Below are positions 41,261 to 51,953 of a DNA stretch of 64,000 nt, piece by piece. Each line of letters begins with the position of its first letter. Positions within the stretch are counted from its first letter, which is position 1. Source of the stretch: Veleropilina oligotropha (lineage: Eukaryota); the NCBI GenBank assembly GCA_048128005.1, contig JBEUKZ010000064.1:62001-126000 (forward strand), given 5' to 3'. The position numbers were made by a program, and so were the translations under genes. The notes beneath the pieces are model-generated. The model had not been told where the DNA came from. It did not search any database and was given only the letters and a program-made list of their open reading frames with translations.

Positions 41261-41927
41261 CAGTTAATTGTTATTGCTGACGTACATTAGGGTGTGAATG
41301 TTTTTATCGGTTCATTATCTAAATGTTAATTGCACCGTATGCGTATTGTATGATGATTGCTTTCACGTACCTGTAGGCATGAGATGAACTAACGACGCCA
41401 TAAATGTCAGACAGTTCGTTATAATTGTTGTATCACAATAAAGCAATTATCAAGTCTGTTATCCAGCATTCATTGTCGCAGACATTTCCTCGAGGCCTGT
41501 CGCATCTGACTGAATCTCGTATTGAAGATTACGAGCATCGATTCAGATATCGTCCCTTGAACTAATGATGCCATTGTCACTATGCGTGAACAACATAAAC
41601 TTTGATTATCAATTATGGTTAATTATTGGTCTGCGTATCAGTGTATTTAAATTGACTGCATATTGACGTGCGATCATGTTGCTGGCCATGGTTGTTAGGC
41701 TGGTGTTATTGCAGCTGTTTCCATAAAACCGAGAATGTTTCATTGTGACTGTTGGTTCAGTGCGGTTTTATTGTTGGTCATGGAATATTAAGCTTGGATG
41801 ATGGTCAGTTATTGCAGACATCAGAGATATTGACTTCAGAGTGAACTTTGTATAATTTCAGGTAATTAAAGTACATGGAATGCAACCATTAGTAAATGAG
41901 TAAATTCATGTTATTAAAAGCCTTTTA

Positions 41928-43194
41928 TTATTATCCCCTGTGGCTTCCGAAGGAAAAAGCCGAAGGGGGATATAGGGATAGCCGCCATCCGTCCGTCCGG
42001 TCACACTTTTGGTTAAAGTTTTTGGATGAGGTATTACATGCATTTAATGGATGAATAATTCAATCAAACCTATTTAGATGGAAAGTAGACATGTTTAGCC
42101 TTTAGTTGGAACCAAAAACGAAAAGAATTTTTATTTATTTTGTGAAAAAAAAGCACTTTGAACATGCACATTTTTCAGTTAAAGTTTTTGGTTAAAGTTT
42201 TTCTTTTGAGTGTATATCGATTGCTCAAGGAACATGATTTACAATCAATGATTTACATTATAATTTTATATAAATAATGCATGAAATGGGTGTTTTGGGA
42301 CATCGAAATTTAGTGAAAATTTTTCGGTTAAAGTTTTTCAAAGAGTGCCTATGCAATGATCATTGCACTTTTTTGCACACTTATGCTTTGTTGCTGGCTA
42401 TATTGATGTTAGCTGCTAGTGATATTGAACAAAATTTAATATAAATAATTTGTGAAATTGATGTTTTTATATACAAATTTTAGTTACATTTTTTAGGTTA
42501 AAGTTTTTTCGATTATTGCAATAGGTTTAATAAGGCACTTTTTTAATGCATATACTTTGATGTTGGCCATATTGACACTACCTGCTATTCTGGAAGTGAT
42601 ATTTAATAAAATTTAAAATAAAATGTTTTTTGACATAGAAATTAGAAATTTATTAAACATTTTCGGTTTAAGTTATTCAATTACCGCATATTGATTGATC
42701 AAGACATGTTGTTGCAAGCATATGCATTGGTGTATGCTTCGTAGTTGTTACCTGCTATTGTTACAGAGTTATATTGATTATAATTTAGTTTAAATATTCT
42801 GTGAAATTTTATTTAAAGTGTCTGGTTAAATTTTTTTCAGTGAGTGCATATGGGTTGACATTGTGATGCTACATGCTGTTCTGGCAGTGATGTTGCATTC
42901 ATTTTAACACAAAACTGTGTTAAATTTGTGTATTTGGACATAGAAATGTTGATTAATTTAACACAAATAATGTGTTACATTTGCAAGTTTTGACAAAGTT
43001 ATTCAATTAGTGCAATTAGCACTACATAAGATATATTTTATACATGTATATGCTGGTTGATAGATCTAGGGATTAATGACCAATTTCGATCAAAAATCTC
43101 CATACCATCAAAACATTGTACTACATCTATTTCTTGCATATATTGACAAAATGCTTTACCGCGGGAGATACCGCTATATTGATAGCACTTGTTT
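41928..43194 (+). mobile_element. Helentron-associated non-autonomous element (HINE/DINE-1-like)
   Basis: Subterminal inverted repeats tatcccctgtgg / ccgcgggagata, a (TCCG)n microsatellite, degenerate internal repeats with ggttaaagtttt, and a 3' stem-loop gctatattgatagc before cttgttt. Confidence 0.7.
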
Positions 43195-43515
43195 ATTAAT
43201 GAATTTATTAAATCTATGACATGGTATAATGTTCTAACCGCTACACCATTGTAAGCAGCTTTAATACTACATATAAAAAACTATCAAGCTTTAATTTGTG
43301 AATAATTTTGATCTTTGTGTGCGGTAGTTTTATATTTACAACTTTGTAAATCAAAGAAGATAAATTAGAAGTTTGCATATTGGCTAATGATCATCAAATG
43401 TAACTAATATATTCTTTAATACAACTTGCAACTTGATTTTTGGTCTGCTAAAGTTCTCATAATGTCAATACTGAATAAACTGTCTATTTGACAGTTTAAT
43501 TATTTACTACAATCA

Positions 43516-43697
43516 TTTTTGTCTCGCCCCGAAGGGAAAGCGAGACTTAGGGATTACATTTTCCGGCGTCGTCGTCATCGGCGTCGTGTCATTTTCGGTT
43601 AAAGTTTTTTCGGTTAAAGTTTTTCATTGAATGGAATTTTCTGATACATTGATATATATATTTAAAGGGCGAGACATATCGGACCGTGGTTCTTGTC
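43516..43697 (+). mobile_element. Short HINE-like element
   Basis: subTIR tgtctcgccc (43520) / gggcgagaca (43667), nearby IR gcgagac, (GTC)n, and 3' stem-loop ggaccgtggttc followed by ttgt. Confidence 0.7.
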
Positions 43698-43878
43698 TTT
43701 TAATGGGTGTTGTAATATTGACTGCGATTATCCTGGGCTTTTCACGGGAAGTGGTAGCCATGGGGCGAGATTATTGCTCTCCACGTGTTTCATGAAAACA
43801 CAAGTCGGCTGTGAAGACTCTTCTTTCACACCTGCGTCGATTTAACCTAAGACGTCACACTGAGCTTTTCTGCTTCAG

Positions 43879-44018
43879 GGGTCGTGGAGGAAGGTTGTCA
43901 TTGACGACTTATTGCCGTTTGATGAAGATGGCAACTTATTGTTGCCCGCGACGACGTATCAGCATGAGCTGTGGCCGATGCTGCTCGCTAAGGCGATCAT
44001 CAAAGTGGCGTCACTGGA
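43879..44018 (+). CDS. ADGB: Androglobin exon 7 (GSWRKVVIDDLLPFDEDGNLLLPATTYQHELWPMLLAKAIIKVASL)
   Basis: Acceptor gcttcag| and donor |gtaagt. Classic calpain G.WRKV.IDD.LP and ELWP.L..KA..K motifs. Confidence 0.96.
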
Positions 44019-44768
44019 GTAAGTTGGATTAACAGCGATGTGCTTCGTAAGGATTATATTTTAAGGAGTTTTAATCTTGATGAACAGATGTTGTCAAATT
44101 GTGAATGCTTTATTATGAAAGGATAGAACAAATTCTAAGGCAAAGATTGGGGAGTAATTTCACAGCAGGTACTTAATTGATATGGATTTATCTCTTAGCT
44201 TTGAAGAAAATAAATTTCATTAATTATTTTCACCGCAGAAGTCTTACATTGAAAGTGGAGGTGTAAACTTATTTATGAATATTATAGGTTGTATTATTAA
44301 GCCTGCGGCATAAAACTACCATTTTGTTTTAACGTTCTACGTTCAGCCATCCATTTATTCTTTATTGAAGCACTAGATCAATTGCAATGTTGATCAACAT
44401 TTTTGTGAAATAGTGGAAATCAACCGGGATTCCAAAGTGGTAGGCAATGCATTTGAGGGTTGGTGAACTGTACCCTGAACCATTTTACTGTAATCATTTA
44501 ATTAAATAAGTCAAGACATAAAACAATTCATTTTGCAAACATGCATGTTTTTTATTGATCAATCAACATTTTCAATATCCCATGTTGTGCCATGCAAAGA
44601 TATAAAAACATTCGACACTTGCTAAAGGGGTAATAAGTTAATAACATACATTTTATAGAAGAAATCTGATAATTAGTAGCACGTAATTGACAGTCCAGAT
44701 GTGCACCAAGTTATTCAGTTCTCTGTTTTATTTAGTTTCTCAATTAACTAGTTCTCTGTTTTATTCAG

Positions 44769-44858
44769 CTACTCCGGGGGTAACAGCAGCAGTGAGTTCG
44801 GCGACTGCAGTATCATCCACTGCCTAACCGGCTGGCTGCCCGAGGCCATCCCGATACA
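44769..44858 (+). CDS. ADGB: Androglobin exon 8 (YSGGNSSSEFGDCSIIHCLTGWLPEAIPI)
   Basis: Acceptor ttattcag| and donor |gtaagt. LTGWLPE motif. Phases 2/2. Confidence 0.95.
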
Positions 44859-45902
44859 GTAAGTGTTGCCGCTATCCAGATACAGTAAGTGTAGCCGCTA
44901 TCTAAATGGGTACCTGGTTGGTGTGTTATTTAGTCGTAGCACTCACTAATGGCAGCTTGACTGTAATACTCTCAAAAAGAGCGGAGATGGGTTTTTGATC
45001 AGAACAGACTGATAAAAACCAGGGATAATAATGTCTGCGCTTAGAGCATGTATATACATGGAATACAGCGCATTATAAATGGACTATTATTATTATCCCG
45101 ACACAGTAAGTGTTGCCGCTATCCCAATGCAGTAAGTGTTGCCGCTATCCCAATGCAGTAAGTGTTGCCGCTATCCCAATGCAGTAAGTGTTGCCGCTAT
45201 CCCAATGCAGTAAGTGTTGCCGCTATCCCAATGCAGTAAGTGTTGCCGCTATCCCAATACAATAAGTGTTGCCGCTATCGAAATACAGTAAATTTCTCCA
45301 TTATTGGTCTGGCCACTGCCTTACCGGCTGGCTGCCAGAGGCCATCCCGATACAGTAAGTGTTGCCACTACCCAAATACAGTAAGTGTTGCCGCTATCCA
45401 GATACAGTAAGTGTTGCCACTATCCCGATACAGTAAGTGTTGCCGCTATCCCGATACAGTAAGTGTTGCCACTATCCCGATACAGTAAGTGTTGCCACTA
45501 TCTCGATACAGTAAGTGTTGCTTCTATCCCAATACAGTAAGTGTTGCTGCTATCCCGATACAGTAAGTGTTGCCACTACCCAAATACAGTAAGTGTTGCC
45601 GCTATCCCGACACAGTAAGTGTTGCCACTACCTAAATGCAAGAAGTGTTGCCGCTATCCCGATACAATAAGTGTTTCCGCTATCCCGATACAGTAAGTGT
45701 AGCCGCTATCCCGATACAGTAAGTGTAGCCGCTATCCCGATACAGTTTAGTGTTGCCGCTATCCCGATACAGTAAATGTTGCCGCTATCGCAATACTTAA
45801 GTATTGTCATTACCCAAATACAGTAAGTTTTTCCGCTACCCCAATACCGTAAGTGTTGCTACCACCCTGATACAGTAAGTGTTTCTGATCGCAATACAGT
45901 AA
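44848..45902 (+). repeat. 26-bp tandem array made of the exon 8 3' end plus splice donor (about 30 units)
   Basis: Unit atcccgataca|gtaagtgttgccgct. Interrupted by a SINE fragment and by a longer exon duplicate. Confidence 0.95.
44903..45096 (+). mobile_element. 5'-truncated CORE-type/L2-tail SINE
   Basis: taaatgggtacctgg...tgactgtaat...aaccaggg.taataatgt...gcgcattataaat...(TAT)n, colinear with the reverse complement of 13751-14080. Confidence 0.75.
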
Positions 45903-47682
45903 GGCCAAGTAAAATATTATGTGTGTTTACGGTTACCCGACCGTCCTAAATAAACGCGCCGACCCTCCAACTTTTTATGACAAGTGCAAATAAATTGTGA
46001 AAAATGTGCGACCCTAGCTATTTTCGAACATTTCTAAATCCTGAATTTGTAAGTTCCGTAGCATTGATTTTGCATAATGCCTTTAGGAAATATGGCCTCG
46101 AAATATAATATGTAAAGTTGGGTCTTTCGCAAAAATAGCGAATTTCGAAAAACGTAAAATTGTTCACTGTCGTGAAAGAAGCCATTCGGTTCCAACACGC
46201 CTCGCAAATACTATGTAACTCCCGTACTTGCTTGTATATTATGTGAACAAAATATCTTTTCATGCCTTGTGTGCCTAATTTTATTGCATTATTATATGGT
46301 TATATGTCATTTTATCGCTTTAATTCTGCATCTTAACTTGTTTTTAAATGTCAGGATGCCGTGTTTGTTGAGGAGAACTGATACGAAGATGTGATTTCGC
46401 GAGATTTCAGCCAGATTATTAATATTCAGTAGTGACCAGAAATACCGATGATTCCATTGGATTTGAAATCCATGACGAAACTTCACCTACATTAGCCCAC
46501 ATACAAACAGGTCACAAAACCTGGGGACCTGGTTGGTTGAATCGTGCCGTGGGTTCGCTGAGCATGCGCACTCAGCAGATATATGACATGGAAACTCCAA
46601 CAGGTTATTTTTATGCCACCACCAATTTATTGGGGTGGCATTTAGATTTACTCTTGTCCGTCCCGTCCGTCCCGTCGTCCCGAAACCAGTATTTGCGTGT
46701 AAGCAACTCCAATCTGCTATAACTTCTATTTGCCTTCATGGATTGACTTCATACTTTGTACACTTGCTTATCATCATTCATCCTTCGCTTCTGCGACCCA
46801 TCCATGTCGCCGTATGGCCAAGGTCAAGGTCAAATGACTTAGCTCTTCAAACCAGTATTTGCGTGTAAGCAACTCCAATCTGCTATAACTTCTATTTGCC
46901 TTCATGGATTGACTTGATACTTTGTACACTGCCCCTATGGTCAAGGCTGCCAGTGGGGGCATTCGTGTCCGATGGACATATTTCTAGTTTATTATACTGT
47001 GACAAAGTTTGCGATGCCGGGGAATACGTAACTTATTGGGATCAGTTCGTGGATTTTGAGGATGGAGATTTAAAAGAAAATTAAAAAATAATAGTAACTT
47101 TGCAGAAATTCCAGTATGTAATCAAGAAAATACGTGCGATATATTAAAAGATGAGCAACCGTACACAGACATATTAAAGCTACGGTACTCCAACATTTTT
47201 TCGACAGCGACAAAAATGCAAATGGTCTGACTCTTAATACGAAACCGCAAGTCCTGGTATATAGTATCAGAATCTGATAAGCGACCATGGCGTAATTGAC
47301 AAAAACGCAAATGCTCTAGAAAGTGTCAAATGAGCATTTAGATAAAGATTTTGTCTTAAAATCCTGTGCTTGGAAACTTGGATATTTTTCCAAAATTAAA
47401 TCAATGCAACAAAACTAATTGAAAAAGCAACGTTTAAAAACATAATTTATTAACATAATTATATAGCTTGCAGAAATCTCCTGTCCACATTGTCTTTAAT
47501 AGTGGTGAAATGAAATTTAAAAACAGGTAATATTCAACATGCTTGAAGAAAAGAAATTAGGAACAATTTCTCCTCCGATGCCTACCTACCCTAAAATAAA
47601 ATTGTAGATAAATAATTTTTTACAGCCTACTTTCCTACCATCAAAAGCGATGTAACCCTAACACATATTATTTTACTTGGCC
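45903..47682. mobile_element. Non-autonomous TIR DNA transposon, PIF/Harbinger-like
   Basis: About 30-bp TIRs ggccaagtaaaatattatgtgt..ggttac / gtaacc..acacatattattttacttggcc. Flanks TAA / TAT, and removing the element restores cagtaagtgtt. No transposase ORF. Confidence 0.75.
46607..46988 (+). mobile_element. HINE-like element nested in the TIR element
   Basis: atgccacc..ggtggcat IR, (GTCC)n, 1.5 copies of a 166-bp core repeat, 3' gtgggggcat, and stem-loop tgtccgatggaca followed by ctagtt. Confidence 0.72.
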
Positions 47683-48253
47683 TATGTGTTCTGTTATTGG
47701 TCAGCCCACTGCCTTACCGGCTGGCTATCAGAGGCCATCCCGATACGGTAAGTGATTCATTAAGGTCAGACTACTTGTATCAGCAGGACTGTCGCCATAT
47801 ATTAAATAATACACGCGGCGTGATATCACTATTAGATCGAGGCATAGCCGAGATCTGATGGTGATATCACCCAGAGTATCATCATGCAGTGTATTACTTG
47901 TTATAAATCTCGTTAGCATATCAGGTAGCAAAAGAGTGATATCAACGCCGTCAAATATCTGATATCACCCCTAGGGGTTTATAAATGATAAGCTGACAGT
48001 TCTTGTACAACTTGCTGTTTGAGTGTCACATGTGTGATGTAGTTTCCCATATTAACACCCGTAATTTAGGGTCATATCCGCACATATCCATATAATATCG
48101 CGAAGGAAGTCTCTGTCGCATGCACAAAGTGCCAAGCCGAGAAATTGAACCCATTCATGTGAATCAGAGCAGTCAGACAATGAGTCGCCATCTTATCCAC
48201 TGTAAAACGTGATTGAAACAAAACAGTTTTAATATCTGTTTATCTTTTTCCAG

Positions 48254-48383
48254 GTCTGGTCACATTAATGAACTCTGGGACTTGATAAAGGCATCGGTAA
48301 CAGAGTGGAAACTGCCCGAACTTGAAGGGGATGTAACTCCAGACGGAATAGACCCACTGAAGAAAGATGGAACAATTACATCG
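48254..48383 (+). CDS. ADGB: Androglobin exon 9 (SGHINELWDLIKASVTEWKLPELEGDVTPDGIDPLKKDGTITS)
   Basis: Acceptor tttttccag| and donor |gtaagt. Phases 2/0 fit. Resembles GYMDKVWELLKEILPEFKL. Confidence 0.9.
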
Positions 48384-48735
48384 GTAAGTACAAGAATAAT
48401 GTGCAATGCAGGGTAATGTGCAGTATTTAAACAGAAGCTAAATTACTAGGTTATGCAAAGTTAAAGAAAGTTAATAAACATTAATAAAACTTTCATATTT
48501 GAACATGTGAATTTCATTGATTTTGTTAGTAAACCCAAAAATTTCTTTACAACATGTAGACCATTACTCTTTACTGTGAGGGGCAATCAAGTGTTATATT
48601 CAAGAAAATTTCAAATACTGTCAGATAATCTTTTCTCATTAGAAATATTTTTGAATTGCTAACATAACTGCTAATATTTATTTTTGCTTTAATGCTGTCG
48701 CCATTAAGTATTTACAAACTCGATACACTTTGCAG

Positions 48736-48859
48736 GAGACACCAAAGGACGATAAGTATGACAAGGATCCCGCCATGAAGGACAGCAAGACGGAGAAACA
48801 AGACGGAAAAAGCGGGAAGGAAGGGGGCAAAGAAAAGGGCAAGGATGGCAAAGACAAGG
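48736..48859 (+). CDS. ADGB: Androglobin exon 10 (K/D/G-rich: ETPKDDKYDKDPAMKDSK...GKDGKDK)
   Basis: Acceptor ctttgcag| and donor g|gtaaga. Phases 0/1. Charged linker as in vertebrate ADGB. Confidence 0.85.
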
Positions 48860-49041
48860 GTAAGATGACATCCACAGACTGCAGTTCAAATTCAAAGTTA
48901 CGAGTAAAAGCTTTCATATTTTGCATTAGATAACATTTCAATGTGGAAAGATTTTATGGTCGGTCCAGTTGAATATAGAGAGTTATAATTGTCTGTTCAG
49001 AAAAGAGGCAAATGAGCGGCATATAGAAAAGAAGAAACACA

Positions 49042-50923
49042 TTTTTGGCCCGCCTTCTAAAGGCAGGGCTATAGCCGTGTACTGGCGTCCGTCCGTCGTC
49101 CGTCCGTCGTCCGTCGCCTGATGCTTTCTGTCACATAGAAGATTAACCGCTGGACTTACTCCTTTCATATTTGGTATACATCTTATATACCATCAGGCCT
49201 AGCCCAAGTTCAAAGATGGGGTCGCTGGGTCAAAGGTCAAGGTCATTTTCGTGTATTTCCGTTCTGGCACTTCGAAGATTGCTTTCTGTCACATAGAAGA
49301 TGAACCGCTGGACCTACAGCTTTCATCTTGGGTATGCACCTTGTATACCATCAGGCCTAGCCCAAGTTCAAAGATGGGGTCGCTGGGTCAAAGGTCAAGA
49401 TCATTTTCGTGTATTTCCGTTCTGGAACTTCGAAGATTGCTTTCTGTCACATAGAAGATGAACCGCTGTACCTACAGCTTTCATATTGGGTATGCACCTT
49501 GTATACCATCAGGCCTAGCCCAAGTTCAAAGATGGGGTCGCTGGGTCAAAGGTCAAGGTCATTTTCGTGTATTTCCGTTCTGGCACTTCGAAGATTTCTT
49601 TCTGTCACATAGAAGATGAACCGCTGGACCTACAGCTTTCATCTTGGGTATGCACCTTGTATGCCATCAGGCCTAGCCCAAGTTCAAAGATGGGGTCGCT
49701 GGGTCAAAGGTCAAGGTCATTTTCGTGTATTTCCGTTCTGGCACTTCGAAGATTGCTTTCTGTCACATAGAATATGAACCGCTGGACCTACAGCTTTCAT
49801 CTTGGGTATGCACCTTGTATGCCATCAGGCCTAGCCCAAGTTCAAAGATGGGGTCGCTGGGTCAAAGGTCAAGGTCATTTTCGTGTATTTCCGTTCTGGC
49901 ACTTCGAAGATTGCTTTCTGTCACATAGAAGATGAACCGCTGGACCTACAGCTTTCATCTTGGGTATGCACCTTGTATACCATCAGGCCTAGCCCAAGTT
50001 CAAAGATGGGGTCGCTGGGTCAAAGGTCAAGGTCATTTTCGTGTATTTCCGTTCTGGCACTTCGAAGATTGCTTTCTGTCACATAGAAGATGAACCGCTC
50101 GACCTACAGCTTTCATCTTGGGTATGCACCTTGTATACCATCAGGCCTAGCCCAAGTTCAAAGATGGGGTCGCTGGGTCAAAGGTCAAGGTCATTTTCGT
50201 GTATTTCCGTTCTGGCACTTCGAAGATTGCTTTCTGTCACATAGAAGATGAACCGCTCGACCTACAGCTTTCATCTTGGGTATGCACCTTGTATACCATC
50301 AGGCCTAGCCCAAGTTCAAAGATGGGGTCGCTGGGTCAAAGGTCAAGGTCATTTTCGTGTATTTCCGTTCTGGCACTTCGAAGATTGCTTTCTGTCACAT
50401 AGAAGTTGAACCGCTCGACCTACAGCTTTCATCTTGGGTATGCACCTTGTATACCATCAGGCCTAGCCCAAGTTCAAAGATGGGGTCGCTGGGTCAAAGG
50501 TCAAGGTCATTTTCGTGTATTTCCGTTCTGGCACTTCGAAGATTGCTTTCTGTCACATAGAAGATGAACCGCTGGACCTACAGCTTCCATCTTGGGTATG
50601 CACCTTGTATACCATCAGGCCTTGGTTAAGTTCAAAAATGGAGTCTTTGGGTCAAAGGTCAAGGTCATTTTCGTGTATTTCCGTTCTGGCACTTCGAAGA
50701 TTGCTTTCTGTCACATAGAAGATGAACCGCTGGACCTACAGCTTCCATCTTGGGTATGCACCTTGTATACCATCAGGCCTTGGTTAAGTTCAAAAATGGA
50801 GTCTTTGGGTCAAAGGTCAAGGTCATTTTCGTGCACTTTGAAGATATAGAGTTATTGATTATTTTCCTCTCGATGGATTTATATATCCAAAAGGCGGGCC
50901 TGTATGAGGATCGTACCTCTAGT
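49042..50923 (+). mobile_element. HINE-like element carrying about 11 tandem 158-bp core repeats
   Basis: subTIR ggcccgcctt (49047) / aaggcgggcc (50891), (GTCC/GTC)n, 158-bp periodicity at about 49123-50833, and 3' stem-loop gaggatcgtacctc followed by tagt. Confidence 0.85.
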
Positions 50924-50934
50924 ATTTCTTCATG

Positions 50935-51633
50935 CCAAATTATAAATATTGCTGTTGTTCAGCTGTTTATTTGCTTTGAATTCACATAAAGGCACTGTGA
51001 GAATATCATATGCCTACCTGTATTACCAAAACCTGCAATTAAAATCTATCATATCAGATACCCACTGGTCAGTTATTTTTTTAATTTCATAACTAATATG
51101 TGTGCCATTAGAATTTCATGGATATTTGATATAATACAATAACACAAGGACTTTTATAATACTTTTATTTTATTTTCTTCCTGAAATACCTGTAAATTCT
51201 GTTACTTACCTGGTATTACCGGACTTCGGACAATATATCTTTTGGAATTTCAGGTACATTTTGATGCAGCAACAACTTATAAACACTTTCCATCATGTCC
51301 GTTACATTTCCCCAAGCAAAATTATAAATGTTGCAGTTGTACAGTTGTTTATTTGCATTGAATTCACATGCAGGCACTGTGCGAATATCATATGACTACC
51401 TGTATTACCTGCAATAAATTACTATGATACCCAGTTATTTGTTCTCATTTCATAACTAGTGTGCCATTAGGATTTAATGGATATTTGATAAAATACAACA
51501 ACACAAGAACTAATATAATACTTTTATTGTAAATTTCTTCCTGAAATACCTGTAAATTCTGCTACTCACCTGTTATTACCTGGCTTTGGGCACGATATCT
51601 TTTGAAATATGAGGTACATTTTGATGCAGCAAT
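50935..51633. repeat. Old direct duplication of about 320-340 bp
   Basis: About 50935-51273 and 51317-51633 are colinear (aaattataaat..tgaattcacat..ggcactgtg..cttcctgaaatacctgtaaattctg..ggtacattttgatgcagcaa) with many substitutions. Confidence 0.85.
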
Positions 51634-51887
51634 GACATATGCTGAATGTGACAAAGTTTAATTAATCTATGAGAGACATTTTTCAAATTGTGGTACAGAG
51701 AAGAAGTATGACCATTTTAGTCAATATTTTGGTTATTAATGTGAATACATAGGCTATATAAGCCGATTGGTAATGTAAATGCTAAAGGGTTAAATAAAAA
51801 AAGCTACTGTAACTCTATGCTTTGTAATGAAAACAGGATAGGATATACACTACATTTATCTAATGTTTGTTATGATTTCAAACAAAG

Positions 51888-51953
51888 GTGGGAAAGATGA
51901 CAAGAAGAAGGACAAGGGAGACAAGGATAAAGATAAAGACAAGGACAAGCACA
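51888..51953 (+). CDS. ADGB: Androglobin exon 11 (GGKDDKKKDKGDKDKDKDKDKH)
   Basis: Weak acceptor aacaaag| and donor a|gtaagt. Phases 1/1 fit both neighbours. Composition continues exon 10. Confidence 0.75.

Noticed and set aside
47815..47972. Repeated palindrome GTGATATCAC
   Set aside because: Probably a decayed MITE fragment; I could not define termini or a TSD.
49251..50989. Series of near-identical 67-aa ORFs
   Set aside because: Products of the 158-bp repeat of a non-autonomous element, with GTG starts and overlapping frames.
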